Below the pieces are notes generated by a model. The model worked only from the letters and a program-made list of their open reading frames with translations. It was not told where the DNA came from and made no database searches. The translations under genes were made by a program, and so were the position numbers. Of a stretch of 64,000 nucleotides of DNA, positions 1-9,082 are shown piece by piece. Source of the stretch: Patescibacteria group bacterium (GTDB lineage: Bacteria; Patescibacteriota; Minisyncoccia; Minisyncoccales; RBG-13-36-15); assembly GCA_022574775.1 (NCBI GenBank), contig JACZRI010000003.1, positions 34,308-98,307 of the forward strand, in the 5' to 3' direction. Every line of letters begins with the position of its first letter. The stretch's first letter is position 1.

Positions 1-370
1 ATTTCCCGATAGGTTTTTTAATTTTGGCGTAACTGAACCAAGCACGATGATAATCGCTGCTGGATTGGCATTATCTGGCTTTAAGCCATATGTATACAGT
101 ATGATAAATTTTGTAGTTTTTCGGTCTTATGAAATGGTGCGTAATGCTGTTTGCTTGCATGCAGCTAATGTGAAAATTATTGGAGTTAGGGGCAGCGAGA
201 AATACAAATTTTTAGGTTTTAGTCATAATCTTATTGTTGAGGATGAGGAAATAAAAGTTTTGGAACATCTACCCAATCTTGAGTCCTTTATTATAAAAAA
301 CCCAGAAGAGGTAAAAAGAATTGTTTTAGAATCATATAAAAGAAAGGGCCCAGTTTATATAAGACTTTGA
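1..370 (+). CDS. Transketolase C-terminal (pyrimidine-binding) subunit, 5'-truncated by window edge
   Basis: Frame is open upstream of 47 (FPDRFFNFGVTEPSTMIIAAGLALSG); ends in GPVYIRL, typical of split transketolase beta subunits in sugar clusters. Confidence 0.8.
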   Translation, partial: FPDRFFNFGVTEPSTMIIAAGLALSGFKPYVYSMINFVVFRSYEMVRNAVCLHAANVKIIGVRGSEKYKFLGFSHNLIVEDEEIKVLEHLPNLESFIIKNPEEVKRIVLESYKRKGPVYIRL

Positions 371-373
371 AAT

Positions 374-1486
374 ATGAGCTATAAAGTTCCTTTTGTAAAT
401 TACCGTCTTCAATATAAAGAATTAAAACAAGAAATAAACAAGACCACACAGAGAGTCTTATCGCGTGGTGATTTGATTCTGAGAAAAGACGTAAAAGATT
501 TTGAAAAAAAGTTAGCTGATTTTGTAGGAGTGAAATATGCCGTAGGTTTGAATAGCGGCACCGATGGTCTCTTTTTGTCACTTTTGGCTGCAGGAATTGG
601 CAAAGGAGATGAAGTGATCACAGTTTCCCACACTTTCATAGCTTCCATAGCTCCAATAGTTCATGTTGGAGCCAAACCAATTTTAGTGGATGTTGGGGAT
701 GATTTTCTAATGGACTTAGATCAGGCAGAAGAAGTAATCACCAAAAAAACTAAGGCAATAATTCCAGTGTACTTAAACGGAAGAATGTGTGACATGGGAA
801 GACTTACAAATATTGCCAGGAAACATAATTTGATTGTGATTGAAGATGCAGCCCAAGCATTAGGAGCTTCTTTTAAAGATAAAATAGCAGGTTCTTTTGG
901 TTTTACTGGTTTTTTTAGTTTTTATCCTGCCAAAGTCCTTGGCTGTTTCGGGGATGGAGGGGCAGTGACAACTAATAATTCTAAAGTTGCCAATATCATT
1001 CGTCTTTTTCGAGACCACGGCCAAAAAACCAAAACCAAGATAACTTTCTATGGATGGAATTCTAGGTTAGATAATTTACAAGCGGCATTTTTAAATATGA
1101 AATTTAAATATCTAAAAAAATGGATAAAAAGGAGAAGAGATATTGCGAGGTTATACGGTAAAGGACTTTTTAAAATAGGGGAGTTGAAACTGCCCTTTTC
1201 TCCCGATTCAGATTCAAGGTTTTTTGATGTTTTCCAAAATTATGTTTTGCGGGCCCAAAGACGGAATGATTTTTTCGAATTTTTAAAGAAAAAAGGCATA
1301 GAAACCCTGGTTAAAGACCCCATTCCTCTTCATTGGCAAAAGGGACTTTTTCTTTCTCGCTTTCATCTTCCTTATACAGAACAACTGGCAAAAGAAGTTA
1401 TTTCTCTTCCTATGTATCCTGAGCTTACTGGCACGCAAATAGAGTATGTAATAGATTGTGTAAAAGATTTTTATTCAAATGATTAA
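374..1486 (+). CDS. DegT/DnrJ/EryC1/StrS PLP-dependent sugar aminotransferase
   Basis: Motifs NSGTDGL, EDAAQA, FSFYPAKVLGCFGDGG, SLPMYPEL. Confidence 0.92.
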   Translation: MSYKVPFVNYRLQYKELKQEINKTTQRVLSRGDLILRKDVKDFEKKLADFVGVKYAVGLNSGTDGLFLSLLAAGIGKGDEVITVSHTFIASIAPIVHVGAKPILVDVGDDFLMDLDQAEEVITKKTKAIIPVYLNGRMCDMGRLTNIARKHNLIVIEDAAQALGASFKDKIAGSFGFTGFFSFYPAKVLGCFGDGGAVTTNNSKVANIIRLFRDHGQKTKTKITFYGWNSRLDNLQAAFLNMKFKYLKKWIKRRRDIARLYGKGLFKIGELKLPFSPDSDSRFFDVFQNYVLRAQRRNDFFEFLKKKGIETLVKDPIPLHWQKGLFLSRFHLPYTEQLAKEVISLPMYPELTGTQIEYVIDCVKDFYSND

Positions 1487-3314
1487 TTTTTTTCAACAAA
1501 ATAGAAAAGTTTTCTTCTTTTTCGGAGACGCTATTTTAATTATTATTGCTATTTATTTAGCATTTTTTTTAAGGTTTGACGGGAGAATTCCCAGCCAATA
1601 TTTTGAAGGAGTTTTCCAAGGGGCAATTGTTTTAGCTTTGATTTTTTCTTTACCTCTTTTCTATTTTTTTCGACTTTATTCTTTTTCTTGGGCTTATGTT
1701 AGTACCAGCGAATTAATATCTTTAGTCAAAGCCCTGATTATAAGTTTTTCTTTTTTCGGGGCTACTCTTTTAATTTTTGGAGATGAGCTGATTTTCCAAG
1801 GTTTTCCCCGTTCAATTCTTGTTATTGGTTATTTTTTAATATTTATCTTCAGCGGGACGATTCGTTTTTCAAAAAGAATTTATCTACAATTATTTAAAGC
1901 AAGCCCCAAAAGAGAAAAAGAGAGAATTTTAATTGCAGGAGCTGGCGATGCCGGAGAGCAAATTTTGAGAAATATTCAAGCGTTTAGAAACAGCCCTTAT
2001 TCTCCAATAGGTTTTGTAGACGATAGCGCGTCAAAAAAAGGAGTTTTAATTCATGGTTTAAAGGTCTTGGGGAAAATAAGCGATATTCCTTCTTTAGTAA
2101 AAGAAAAGAACATCGAAAGTTTAATCATTGCTTTTCCTACAGCAGGCACAAGAGCTATCCAAGAAGCAGTGGAGCAAGGGAGGAAAGCCGGGCTTCAGAA
2201 AATTAAAATTATACCGTCAATGGATGAGGTTCTTGAGGGCAAAATAGGGCTTGAAGGTTTAAGAGAAGTTCAAGTAGGGGATTTGCTGAGAAGAAAACCG
2301 CTTGCTCTAGATCAAAAATCAATCGAAAATTTTATTCAAAATAAAGTGATTTTAATTACGGGAGCTGCAGGCTCTATAGGTTCAGAACTCTGTCGCCAAG
2401 TTGCGAAATTTAATCCCTCTTCCCTGATTTTGTTAGATCAAGATGAAACCGGAATTTTTAATATTTCAGAGGAGTTAAAAAATAAATACACCCAATTAAA
2501 GTTTTTTTCAATAATTGCCGATATCCAAGATGCAGAAAAAATTAATAAAATTTTTAATCAATTCCTGCCTCATATTATCTTTCATGCAGCTGCCTATAAA
2601 CACGTACCCTTGATGGAAAAGAATCCTGATGAGGCAGTGAAGAATAATATTTTTGGGACAAAAACAGTTGCGGAGATTGCCCGAGAATCTGGCGTCGAAA
2701 AATTTATTTTCATTTCTACAGATAAGGCGGTAAATCCAACTTCAGTCATGGGTGCAACGAAGAGAATAGGGGAAATGATGTGCCAGATTTTAAATCGGAA
2801 AAATAGTACGAAATTTATTTCTGTCCGTTTTGGCAATGTTTTAGATAGTCGGGGAAGTGTGATCCCAATTTTTAGAGAACAAATAAAAAAGGGAGGGCCA
2901 GTAGAAGTGACGCATCCTGGAATGAAAAGGTATTTTATGCTTATTTCCGAAGCCTGCCTTTTAGTGATACAGGCCGGGATAATTGGCAAAGGAGGAGAAG
3001 TCTTTGTTTTAGATATGGGTAAACCCATTAAAATATTGGATTTGGCGAGAGAAATGATTCGATTTTCTGGGCTAGAGCCAGACAGAGATATTCCGATTGT
3101 ATTTACTGAACCCAGGCCTGGAGAAAGATTATTTGAAGAGATTTTTACTGCCAAAGAGAAAATTTTAGCCACTCAGAACCAAAAGATTTTTATAGCAAAA
3201 CTCCCAGCGATAGATGAAAAAAAACTAAATCGAGCTTTAAAACAATTAAAAGATGAAACCCAAAAAGTTGAAAAGGAATCAATAATAAAGACACTGAAAA
3301 TGGCCACCTCTTGA
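1479..3314 (+). CDS. Membrane-anchored nucleoside-diphosphate sugar 4,6-dehydratase (CapD/PglF/WbpM family)
   Basis: N-terminal TM helices, GAGDAG, TGAAGSIGSEL, HAAAYKHVP, STDKAVNP, VRFGNVL. Confidence 0.92.
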   Translation: MINFFQQNRKVFFFFGDAILIIIAIYLAFFLRFDGRIPSQYFEGVFQGAIVLALIFSLPLFYFFRLYSFSWAYVSTSELISLVKALIISFSFFGATLLIFGDELIFQGFPRSILVIGYFLIFIFSGTIRFSKRIYLQLFKASPKREKERILIAGAGDAGEQILRNIQAFRNSPYSPIGFVDDSASKKGVLIHGLKVLGKISDIPSLVKEKNIESLIIAFPTAGTRAIQEAVEQGRKAGLQKIKIIPSMDEVLEGKIGLEGLREVQVGDLLRRKPLALDQKSIENFIQNKVILITGAAGSIGSELCRQVAKFNPSSLILLDQDETGIFNISEELKNKYTQLKFFSIIADIQDAEKINKIFNQFLPHIIFHAAAYKHVPLMEKNPDEAVKNNIFGTKTVAEIARESGVEKFIFISTDKAVNPTSVMGATKRIGEMMCQILNRKNSTKFISVRFGNVLDSRGSVIPIFREQIKKGGPVEVTHPGMKRYFMLISEACLLVIQAGIIGKGGEVFVLDMGKPIKILDLAREMIRFSGLEPDRDIPIVFTEPRPGERLFEEIFTAKEKILATQNQKIFIAKLPAIDEKKLNRALKQLKDETQKVEKESIIKTLKMATS

Positions 3315-3339
3315 CATAATCATTTGATTTTGTTAATAT
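3311..3339 (+). promoter_or_regulatory. Sigma70 promoter for candidate small RNA 1
   Basis: TTGACA (3311-3316), 17-nt spacer, TGn-extended TAATAT (3334-3339); predicted start ~3346. Confidence 0.65.
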
Positions 3340-3345
3340 CTAATC

Positions 3346-3424
3346 AGTGAGTGTGACCCTGAGAGCAATTGAAGGGCCATTCTAAAGTCGGCAAAAATCC
3401 TCTCTCGAGAGGATTTTTGCTTTT
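3346..3424 (+). ncRNA. Candidate small RNA 1 (~80 nt), ends in intrinsic terminator
   Basis: Promoter upstream; internal GCAA-capped hairpin with tandem GA pairs; 14-bp perfect inverted repeat 3391-3420 followed by T tract; no ORF. Confidence 0.5.
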
Positions 3425-3657
3425 CCGAGAAGCATCAATACGCTAGATGCATTAATATATCAACAATAAAGTTAATATATGAATAGTGTTTTATAAATAA
3501 ATACGCGTAAATCTTGCCATGGCTTAATTTTGGCGTATGGATATAAATAAATAATAAATATAAATTAGGTTGTTTTTTGCTATATTGTTTTTATATCTAT
3601 TTATATTACTTAAAAAAAACAATTTGCTTTTTTGTGTGGATTATTTACAATATAATT

Positions 3658-3713
3658 GGCGGGAGGATAGCACTCACTAAAGACTTAGAATTGGAGTCAA
3701 CTCTCCCGCCTTT
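3658..3713 (+). ncRNA. Candidate small RNA 2 or murB leader hairpin, complementary to small RNA 1
   Basis: GC-rich stem ggcgggag/ctcccgcc in AT-rich DNA, just downstream of TTGCTT..TACAAT/TATAAT; its loop is complementary to both ends of RNA 1. Confidence 0.45.
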
Positions 3714-3773
3714 GCTTATTAGCTATTAGATTTTAGCGTTTAGGTGTTTAAGGATAAGGTATACAATAAGAAG

Positions 3774-4760
3774 ATGAAAAAGACGAGTTTGCAAAAGTTA
3801 CTACCAGGTTTAAAGAGAAATGTTTTACTAAAAAACTATACTACTTTTAAAATTGGGGGTGCCGCCCAATTTTTTTTTGTTGCGAAAAATAAAAAAGATG
3901 TAATGAAAGCAGTCCAAACGTCCAAAAAATTAAAGCTTCCATTTTTTATTCTAGGAGAGGGAAGTAATTTGTTGATATCTGATAGGGGATTTAAAGGGTT
4001 AGTTGTCAAAATACGAAATACGAAATACGAGATACCCCGCACCAGAACAAGTTCGGTGCGGGGCAGGCAAAACATTCTGGTTTATGCAGAAGCTGGGGTT
4101 TCTTTCCCTGTTTTGGTTAAGGCAACGACTGAATTGGGATTGTCTGGATTAGAGTGGGCAGGTGGATTGCCAGGTACTCTAGGTGGAGCAATAAGGGGTA
4201 ATGCAGGAGCATTTAGAGGAGAAATAAAAGATGTTATTTTGGAAGTTGAAGCTTTGGATGAAAAAGGTAATTTAAAAACATTATCTCGAAAGCAATGTAA
4301 TTTTTCTTATCGATCCTCTATTTTTAAAAAAAATAACTGGATTGTTTTATCAACTGCGCTAAAACTGGGAAAAGGAAATAAAAAATTGATTCAGTCGATT
4401 GCAAAAAGTCATATAAGATATCGAGAAGAAAAACATCCACTTGAATATCCTAATGCCGGCAGTATTTTTAAAAACTGTGACCTCAAAAAAATTCCAAAAA
4501 GACTAAGAGCCAGTTTTAATAAAGTTGTAAAGACAGATCCATTTCCATTAATACCTTCGGCCCACCTTATTTCAGAAGCTGGATTGAAAGGATTAAGAGT
4601 TGGCCAGGCAGAAGTTTCAACCAAGCACCCAAATTATATTGTTAATCTGGGTAATACTACAGCAAAAGATGTAATAAAATTAATAAATTTAGTAAAGAAA
4701 GAAGTAAAAGATAAATTTGGAATAGTATTAGAAGAGGAAATAAAACTTGTAGGGTTTTAA
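3774..4760 (+). CDS. murB: UDP-N-acetylenolpyruvoylglucosamine reductase, with 11-aa in-frame palindrome insertion
   Basis: TTFKIGG, GEGSNLL, PGTLGGAIRGNAGA, FSYRSSIF, NAGSIFKN, KHPNYIVN; ATG 3774 preferred over GTG 3744. Confidence 0.95.
   Translation: MKKTSLQKLLPGLKRNVLLKNYTTFKIGGAAQFFFVAKNKKDVMKAVQTSKKLKLPFFILGEGSNLLISDRGFKGLVVKIRNTKYEIPRTRTSSVRGRQNILVYAEAGVSFPVLVKATTELGLSGLEWAGGLPGTLGGAIRGNAGAFRGEIKDVILEVEALDEKGNLKTLSRKQCNFSYRSSIFKKNNWIVLSTALKLGKGNKKLIQSIAKSHIRYREEKHPLEYPNAGSIFKNCDLKKIPKRLRASFNKVVKTDPFPLIPSAHLISEAGLKGLRVGQAEVSTKHPNYIVNLGNTTAKDVIKLINLVKKEVKDKFGIVLEEEIKLVGF
4035..4067 (+). repeat. 33-nt palindromic mini-element inserted in murB
   Basis: ccccgcacc-agaacaagttc-ggtgcgggg + tail cagg; encodes PRTRTSSVRGR. 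Confidence 0.8.
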
Positions 4761-4788
4761 ATTTTTATTTTTTTGATTTCTCTCTTGA

Positions 4789-4866
4789 CCCCGCAGAGAA
4801 TTTTTTACCTTCTTGCAATCTGAGGTTTTTTATAAAAACTTTGTCGAAATTTTTCTAAGGGGTTGA
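4789..4866 (+). repeat. Palindromic element inserted in a -35 box
   Basis: ccccgcagagaattt...aaatttttctaagggg + tail ttga; sits at ttga|ca and regenerates TTGACA at 4863-4868. Confidence 0.6.
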
Positions 4867-4980
4867 CATTGTTTCTTGAAATGAAATAATAAAGTAATAA
4901 AAATAGATTTTCATAAAAATTTTTCAAATAGCTGGTCGACTATTTGTTTCACTGCTCATAAAACCAATTTATTTTCAATT

Positions 4981-5070
4981 ATGGTAAAGAAAAAAGCAAA
5001 GAAAAAGAAGAAAAAGGCAGTAGTAAAGAAAAAAGCAACAAAGTCTAAAAAAAGAAAAAAAAGAAGATAA
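4981..5070 (+). CDS. Unannotated 29-aa Lys/Arg-rich microprotein
   Basis: MVKKKAKKKKKKAVVKKKATKSKKRKKRR*; upstream TTGACA and downstream terminator. Confidence 0.65.
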   Translation: MVKKKAKKKKKKAVVKKKATKSKKRKKRR

Positions 5071-5081
5071 TATTTCTTTCA

Positions 5082-5110
5082 CCCCGTACCAGTTGGCGCG
5101 GGGTTTTTTT
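5082..5110 (+). terminator. Intrinsic terminator formed by a ccccgtacc-family palindrome
   Basis: ccccgtacc-agtt-ggcgcgggg followed by T7. Confidence 0.7.
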
Positions 5111-5171
5111 ATTTTTCCCTTGACACCGTTTTTAAAAATGAAATAATAAAATAACTATTCGAAAAATTTTT

Positions 5172-5606
5172 ATGAAAATTATTATTAAAACGAAAAATAT
5201 CAAATTAACAAAAAATTCACAAAAATATATTAATGACAAAATAAATTCTTTGGAAAAGTTTTCCAGAATTTTCCAACAAAACCAAAAATATTTTTTCAAA
5301 AAAACAGGAATAGTAATCCGGATAGAGATTGGAAAAGAAACCCTGCATCATAAAAAAGGAAATATTTTTTTCGTAAAATGCCAAATGAAACTTCTTGATA
5401 AAATCTTGCGAGCAGAAGTTGTTTCAAAAAATTTGCGGGAGGCAGTAAATGAAGTCAAAAATATTTTACAAAAAGAATTAAAGCAGTCTAAAGAAAAATT
5501 AACTTCCAAAAATTTAAGAAAAGCAAGAATTTTAAAAAAATCTTTCCACCTTTCTTCTCAAGCTCGCTTTTGGAGAAAAGGTAGAATAAGAGAAGAAGGA
5601 ATATGA
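5172..5606 (+). CDS. raiA: Ribosome hibernation factor (RaiA/HPF, S30AE family)
   Basis: MKIIIKTKNIKLT..YINDKI..LEKF, HHKKG, LREAVNEV; basic C-terminal extension. Confidence 0.8.
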   Translation: MKIIIKTKNIKLTKNSQKYINDKINSLEKFSRIFQQNQKYFFKKTGIVIRIEIGKETLHHKKGNIFFVKCQMKLLDKILRAEVVSKNLREAVNEVKNILQKELKQSKEKLTSKNLRKARILKKSFHLSSQARFWRKGRIREEGI

Positions 5607-6145
5607 TTCCATCAAAATTTTTCTTTACCAAAGGAGTTGGGATAGCGAAAGAAAAACTGAGTTCTTTTGAGTTAGCTTTAAGAGACGCTGATATTGAGCA
5701 GTATAATTTAGTTTCTGTTTCCAGCATTTTACCACCCGGCTGTAAAAAAATTTCAAGAGACAAGGGAATATCTATGTTAAAACCAGGCGAGATTGTGTTT
5801 TGTATTATGGCTAGAAATGAAACGAATGAACCCAATAGATTGTTAGGAGCTGCAGTTGGTTTTGCGCTACCTACTGGAGATAAAAATTATGGTTATCTTT
5901 CTGAACATCATTCTTTTGGCGAGACAGAGGGGAAAGCAGGAGATTATGCCGAAGACTTAGCAGCTTCTATGTTAGCTTCTACTCTTGGAATTAAATTTAA
6001 TCCTGATGATGCCTGGGATACTAGAAAGCAAGCCTTTCGGTTAGGCGGAAAGATAGTCTATACTTCTAATGTTACCCAAACTGCCAAAGCTAACAAAAAT
6101 GGCCTGTGGACTTCAGTCTTAGCGGCAGTCATTTTTATTCCCTAA
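5603..6145 (+). CDS. pdaD: Pyruvoyl-dependent arginine decarboxylase
   Basis: SFELALRDA, NLVSVS|SILPP self-cleavage motif, YGYLSEHH. Confidence 0.92.
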   Translation: MIPSKFFFTKGVGIAKEKLSSFELALRDADIEQYNLVSVSSILPPGCKKISRDKGISMLKPGEIVFCIMARNETNEPNRLLGAAVGFALPTGDKNYGYLSEHHSFGETEGKAGDYAEDLAASMLASTLGIKFNPDDAWDTRKQAFRLGGKIVYTSNVTQTAKANKNGLWTSVLAAVIFIP

Positions 6146-6167
6146 GGCATTTGGACCATTTTTTTGC

Positions 6168-7317
6168 AATGAACAATAAACTTTCAAAAAAAGAAAAACA
6201 TCTTGCCAAACTTGTTTCTGAATACGCAAAACTGAACCTAAAAGAGTATAAAAAAGTAAGGAATATTACTCAAAAATACAAGACAAAAAAAGTTGAGACC
6301 ATTGATGTTAATTCCAAAAGTGTTTCTGAACTTTTATCTGCGATGGCAAAAACAGGTTTTCAGGGCAGGAAGCTTGGTGAAGTAGTTGATGTTTGGGAAG
6401 AGATGATTAAGGACAAGAATATAACTATCATAATGGGGTATACGGGTTCTTTAAGCACAACAGGTCAGTGGAAGATAATAAATTGGCTGATAGAAAATAG
6501 ATATATAGATGTTTTGGTTTCGACAGGAGCCAACATCTCTGAAGAGATTGTAGAGGGTATGGGGTATCATTACTGGCAAGGAAGCCAGAATGCTGATGAT
6601 GCTAAGTTATTAGATAGCGATATTAACAGGTATTATGATATTTTTGGGGACGATGTAGAGTATCTGGACATGATAAACTTGATAGCTAAATTTATCATGA
6701 CCTGTAAAGAAGGCTATAATTATTCTACAATGGAATTCCTGCGCGACTTTGGCCTGTGGTTGAATAAGAGAAAAGTAGACAGTATTGTAGGGGTTGCTGC
6801 CAAAGCCAAAGTTCCTGTTTTCAGTCCTGCTTTGGTAGATTCAGCGTATGGAGATGCTGTATTGATAGCAAAGAGTAAGAACTTCGATTTAATACTTGAT
6901 CAGGCAAAAGATTATGTAGAATTCATGGGTCTGGCAAGAAAGGTAAAGGATATCGGAGTAATTTACATAGGCGGTGGCGTACCAAAAGACTTCATTCAAC
7001 TTTTAGCGGTATCTGCGCCTCTTGAATATTATGATAAAAAAATACCTGACAGATCTGGAGGCGTTTTTCGTCCTGCAACCAACGAATGGTTTTATCCTCA
7101 CAAGTATGCTATACAAATAACTACTGACAGTCCGCAATGGGGAGGCCTTTCGGGATGCACTTTCGAAGAAGCGAGCAGCTGGGGCAAAGAAGAACCAGGT
7201 GGCAAGAATGTAACGTGCTACTGCGATGCCACCATAGCCTTGCCGATTGTCACACATGCTTTGGCAGAAAGAATCAAAACAAAAAGAAAAGGTACTGATT
7301 TTTCCGACCTTTTTTAA
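6168..7317 (+). CDS. Deoxyhypusine synthase-like protein (DHS/SpeY, probable homospermidine synthesis)
   Basis: GFQGRKLG, STGAN, GGGVPKDF, GGLSGCTFEEASSWGK (catalytic Lys), CDATIALP; probable ATG at 6168. Confidence 0.9.
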
Positions 7318-7326
7318 AGAATAAAA

Positions 7327-8190
7327 ATGAAGAAACCTTCTTATCCAACTTTGGAGCCTTTCAATTTTCTTGGCCTAGAAAAGCAAGATTATGAAAAAGC
7401 AAAAGTAATAATTTTCCCAGTTCCTTATAGCTCAACCACGTATTGGAAATCAGAAACAAAAGATGGGCCAAGAGCAATCATTGAGGCTTCCAGGCACTTG
7501 GAGCTTTACGATTTAGAGCTAAAAAAAGATCCCTCCAGAATAGGGATTTTTACGTTGGAGCAATTAGAACCATCAAAAGATTCTCCTAAAGCGACCATAG
7601 CCAGAATAAAAAAAATAATAAAAGATCTGTTAAAAGATGGGAAATTCCCCCTGATGATAGGGGGGGAACATTCAATTACTAACGGAGCTATTCAAGCTTT
7701 CAAAGAAAAATTTTTAAACTTTTCTGTTTTGCACATTGATGCCCATACAGATTCGAGAGATGAATTTGAAGGAACAAAATGGCATCATGCTTGTGTAATG
7801 AGAAGGGCAAGGGATTTTAAGATTCCAGTAACGCAAGTTGGAATTCGAAGTATTTCAGAAGAAGAAGCAGAATATTTTAAAAAGAAAAAGATTAAGAGTA
7901 TTTTTTATTCCCCAAATCTTCCGCTTAATAAAATCATTGCCACTTTGAAAAAAAATGTATATATAACCTTTGATTTAGACGTTTTTGATCCTTCTATTAT
8001 GCCCTCTGTGGGAACCCCAGAGCCTGGAGGTCTTGGCTGGTATGAAACCTTAGATCTTATTAGAGCAATTGCGAAAAAAAGAAAAATAATCGGAGCAGAC
8101 GTAGTAGAACTTTGCCCAATTCCAGGAATTTCTGCCCCTGATTTTTTAGCAGCAAAACTGGTGTATAAAATCATAAGCTATATAGCGTAA
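7327..8190 (+). CDS. speB: Agmatinase
   Basis: GGEHSIT, HIDAHTD, DLDVFDPS, GTPEPGG ureohydrolase motifs; adjacent to pdaD. Confidence 0.92.
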   Translation: MKKPSYPTLEPFNFLGLEKQDYEKAKVIIFPVPYSSTTYWKSETKDGPRAIIEASRHLELYDLELKKDPSRIGIFTLEQLEPSKDSPKATIARIKKIIKDLLKDGKFPLMIGGEHSITNGAIQAFKEKFLNFSVLHIDAHTDSRDEFEGTKWHHACVMRRARDFKIPVTQVGIRSISEEEAEYFKKKKIKSIFYSPNLPLNKIIATLKKNVYITFDLDVFDPSIMPSVGTPEPGGLGWYETLDLIRAIAKKRKIIGADVVELCPIPGISAPDFLAAKLVYKIISYIA

Positions 8191-8410
8191 TACGCAATAA
8201 AACAACTTTAAATAATTATTTCAGCCTAATGCGCAGTAAGAAATCTGTGCTTTTTTCTTTTGAAAAATCGGCATCAGGTAAGAATCCAGGAGAATTTTAC
8301 CAATTAATAAAAGATGGCCAAGAGAGCAGTTGATATATTCAAGTTATGCTGTGGCTATTCATAGCCGGGACAAACTATAACATCTCCAGTTTTTTACGAG
8401 CATTAAACCC

Positions 8411-8439
8411 TTGACAGATAATTATTATGGTATTATAAT
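8411..8439 (+). promoter_or_regulatory. Consensus sigma70 promoter
   Basis: TTGACA 8411-8416, 17 nt, TATAAT 8434-8439. Confidence 0.8.
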
Positions 8440-8479
8440 AAATATAGAAACTAGGAAAGGAAGAAGAAAGGGAGGTTGG

Positions 8480-8929
8480 ATGACAACGATAGGAGAGCTG
8501 GAAGGTGTACAGCCTGGCGGTACGGTAATCGTTTCGGGGCAAGGCTACATCATCGTGGAGGTGGACGAGTACAAGTTCGGCGACTTTAAGTGGCTGAACC
8601 TGGTCTCTCATCATCAAGACAGCGAAAGGCTGATTGTCTTTGAAATCGCAGAAGGCAAAGTGAGGCGCTGGGATGAGGTTAATCTCCCTGGCGCTACGGT
8701 GGATGACGAGACCCTCGAGTACAAAAGAGAGAAGTTCGAGCGAGACGTGACGGGTATTCCCCACGTTTCAACCCATACCGAAGAGGAAGATGAAGAAGGC
8801 GAAATTTCTTACTCGGTCCTGGATGCTGAGTCTGAAAACAAACTTTTCATAAAGGAGAATGATGACGGTGAAGTCACTGTCTACTTCTCCGAAGGAACGG
8901 TTCCTCTCGACGCCATCCGGGTTCTGTAA
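8480..8929 (+). CDS. Acidic hypothetical protein (possibly DUF4178-like)
   Basis: SD GGAGG before ATG 8480; higher GC than neighbours; own promoter and terminator. Family is a guess. Confidence 0.65.
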   Translation: MTTIGELEGVQPGGTVIVSGQGYIIVEVDEYKFGDFKWLNLVSHHQDSERLIVFEIAEGKVRRWDEVNLPGATVDDETLEYKREKFERDVTGIPHVSTHTEEEDEEGEISYSVLDAESENKLFIKENDDGEVTVYFSEGTVPLDAIRVL

Positions 8930-8974
8930 GGATGTGGTAAATTTGAGCTAACTCCTTGGAAATACTCTCCATAG

Positions 8975-9007
8975 AAAGGCTCTCTGGCTTCGGTCGGAGA
9001 GCCTTTT
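8975..9007 (+). terminator. Intrinsic terminator
   Basis: aaaggctctctggc-TTCG-gtcggagagcctttt. Confidence 0.8.
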
Positions 9008-9082
9008 GTATTACAAATCTAGCCCAAAATGTCCAGCTTTTTATTGGACGAAACGGAGAACTTTTTGTATAATAAAGTTCGT

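Noticed and set aside
3357-3376. CTGAGAG..GAA as a hammerhead or TPP riboswitch core
   Set aside because: Lacks the CUGANGA/GAAA spacing and TPP flanking helices; better explained as a tandem-GA hairpin.
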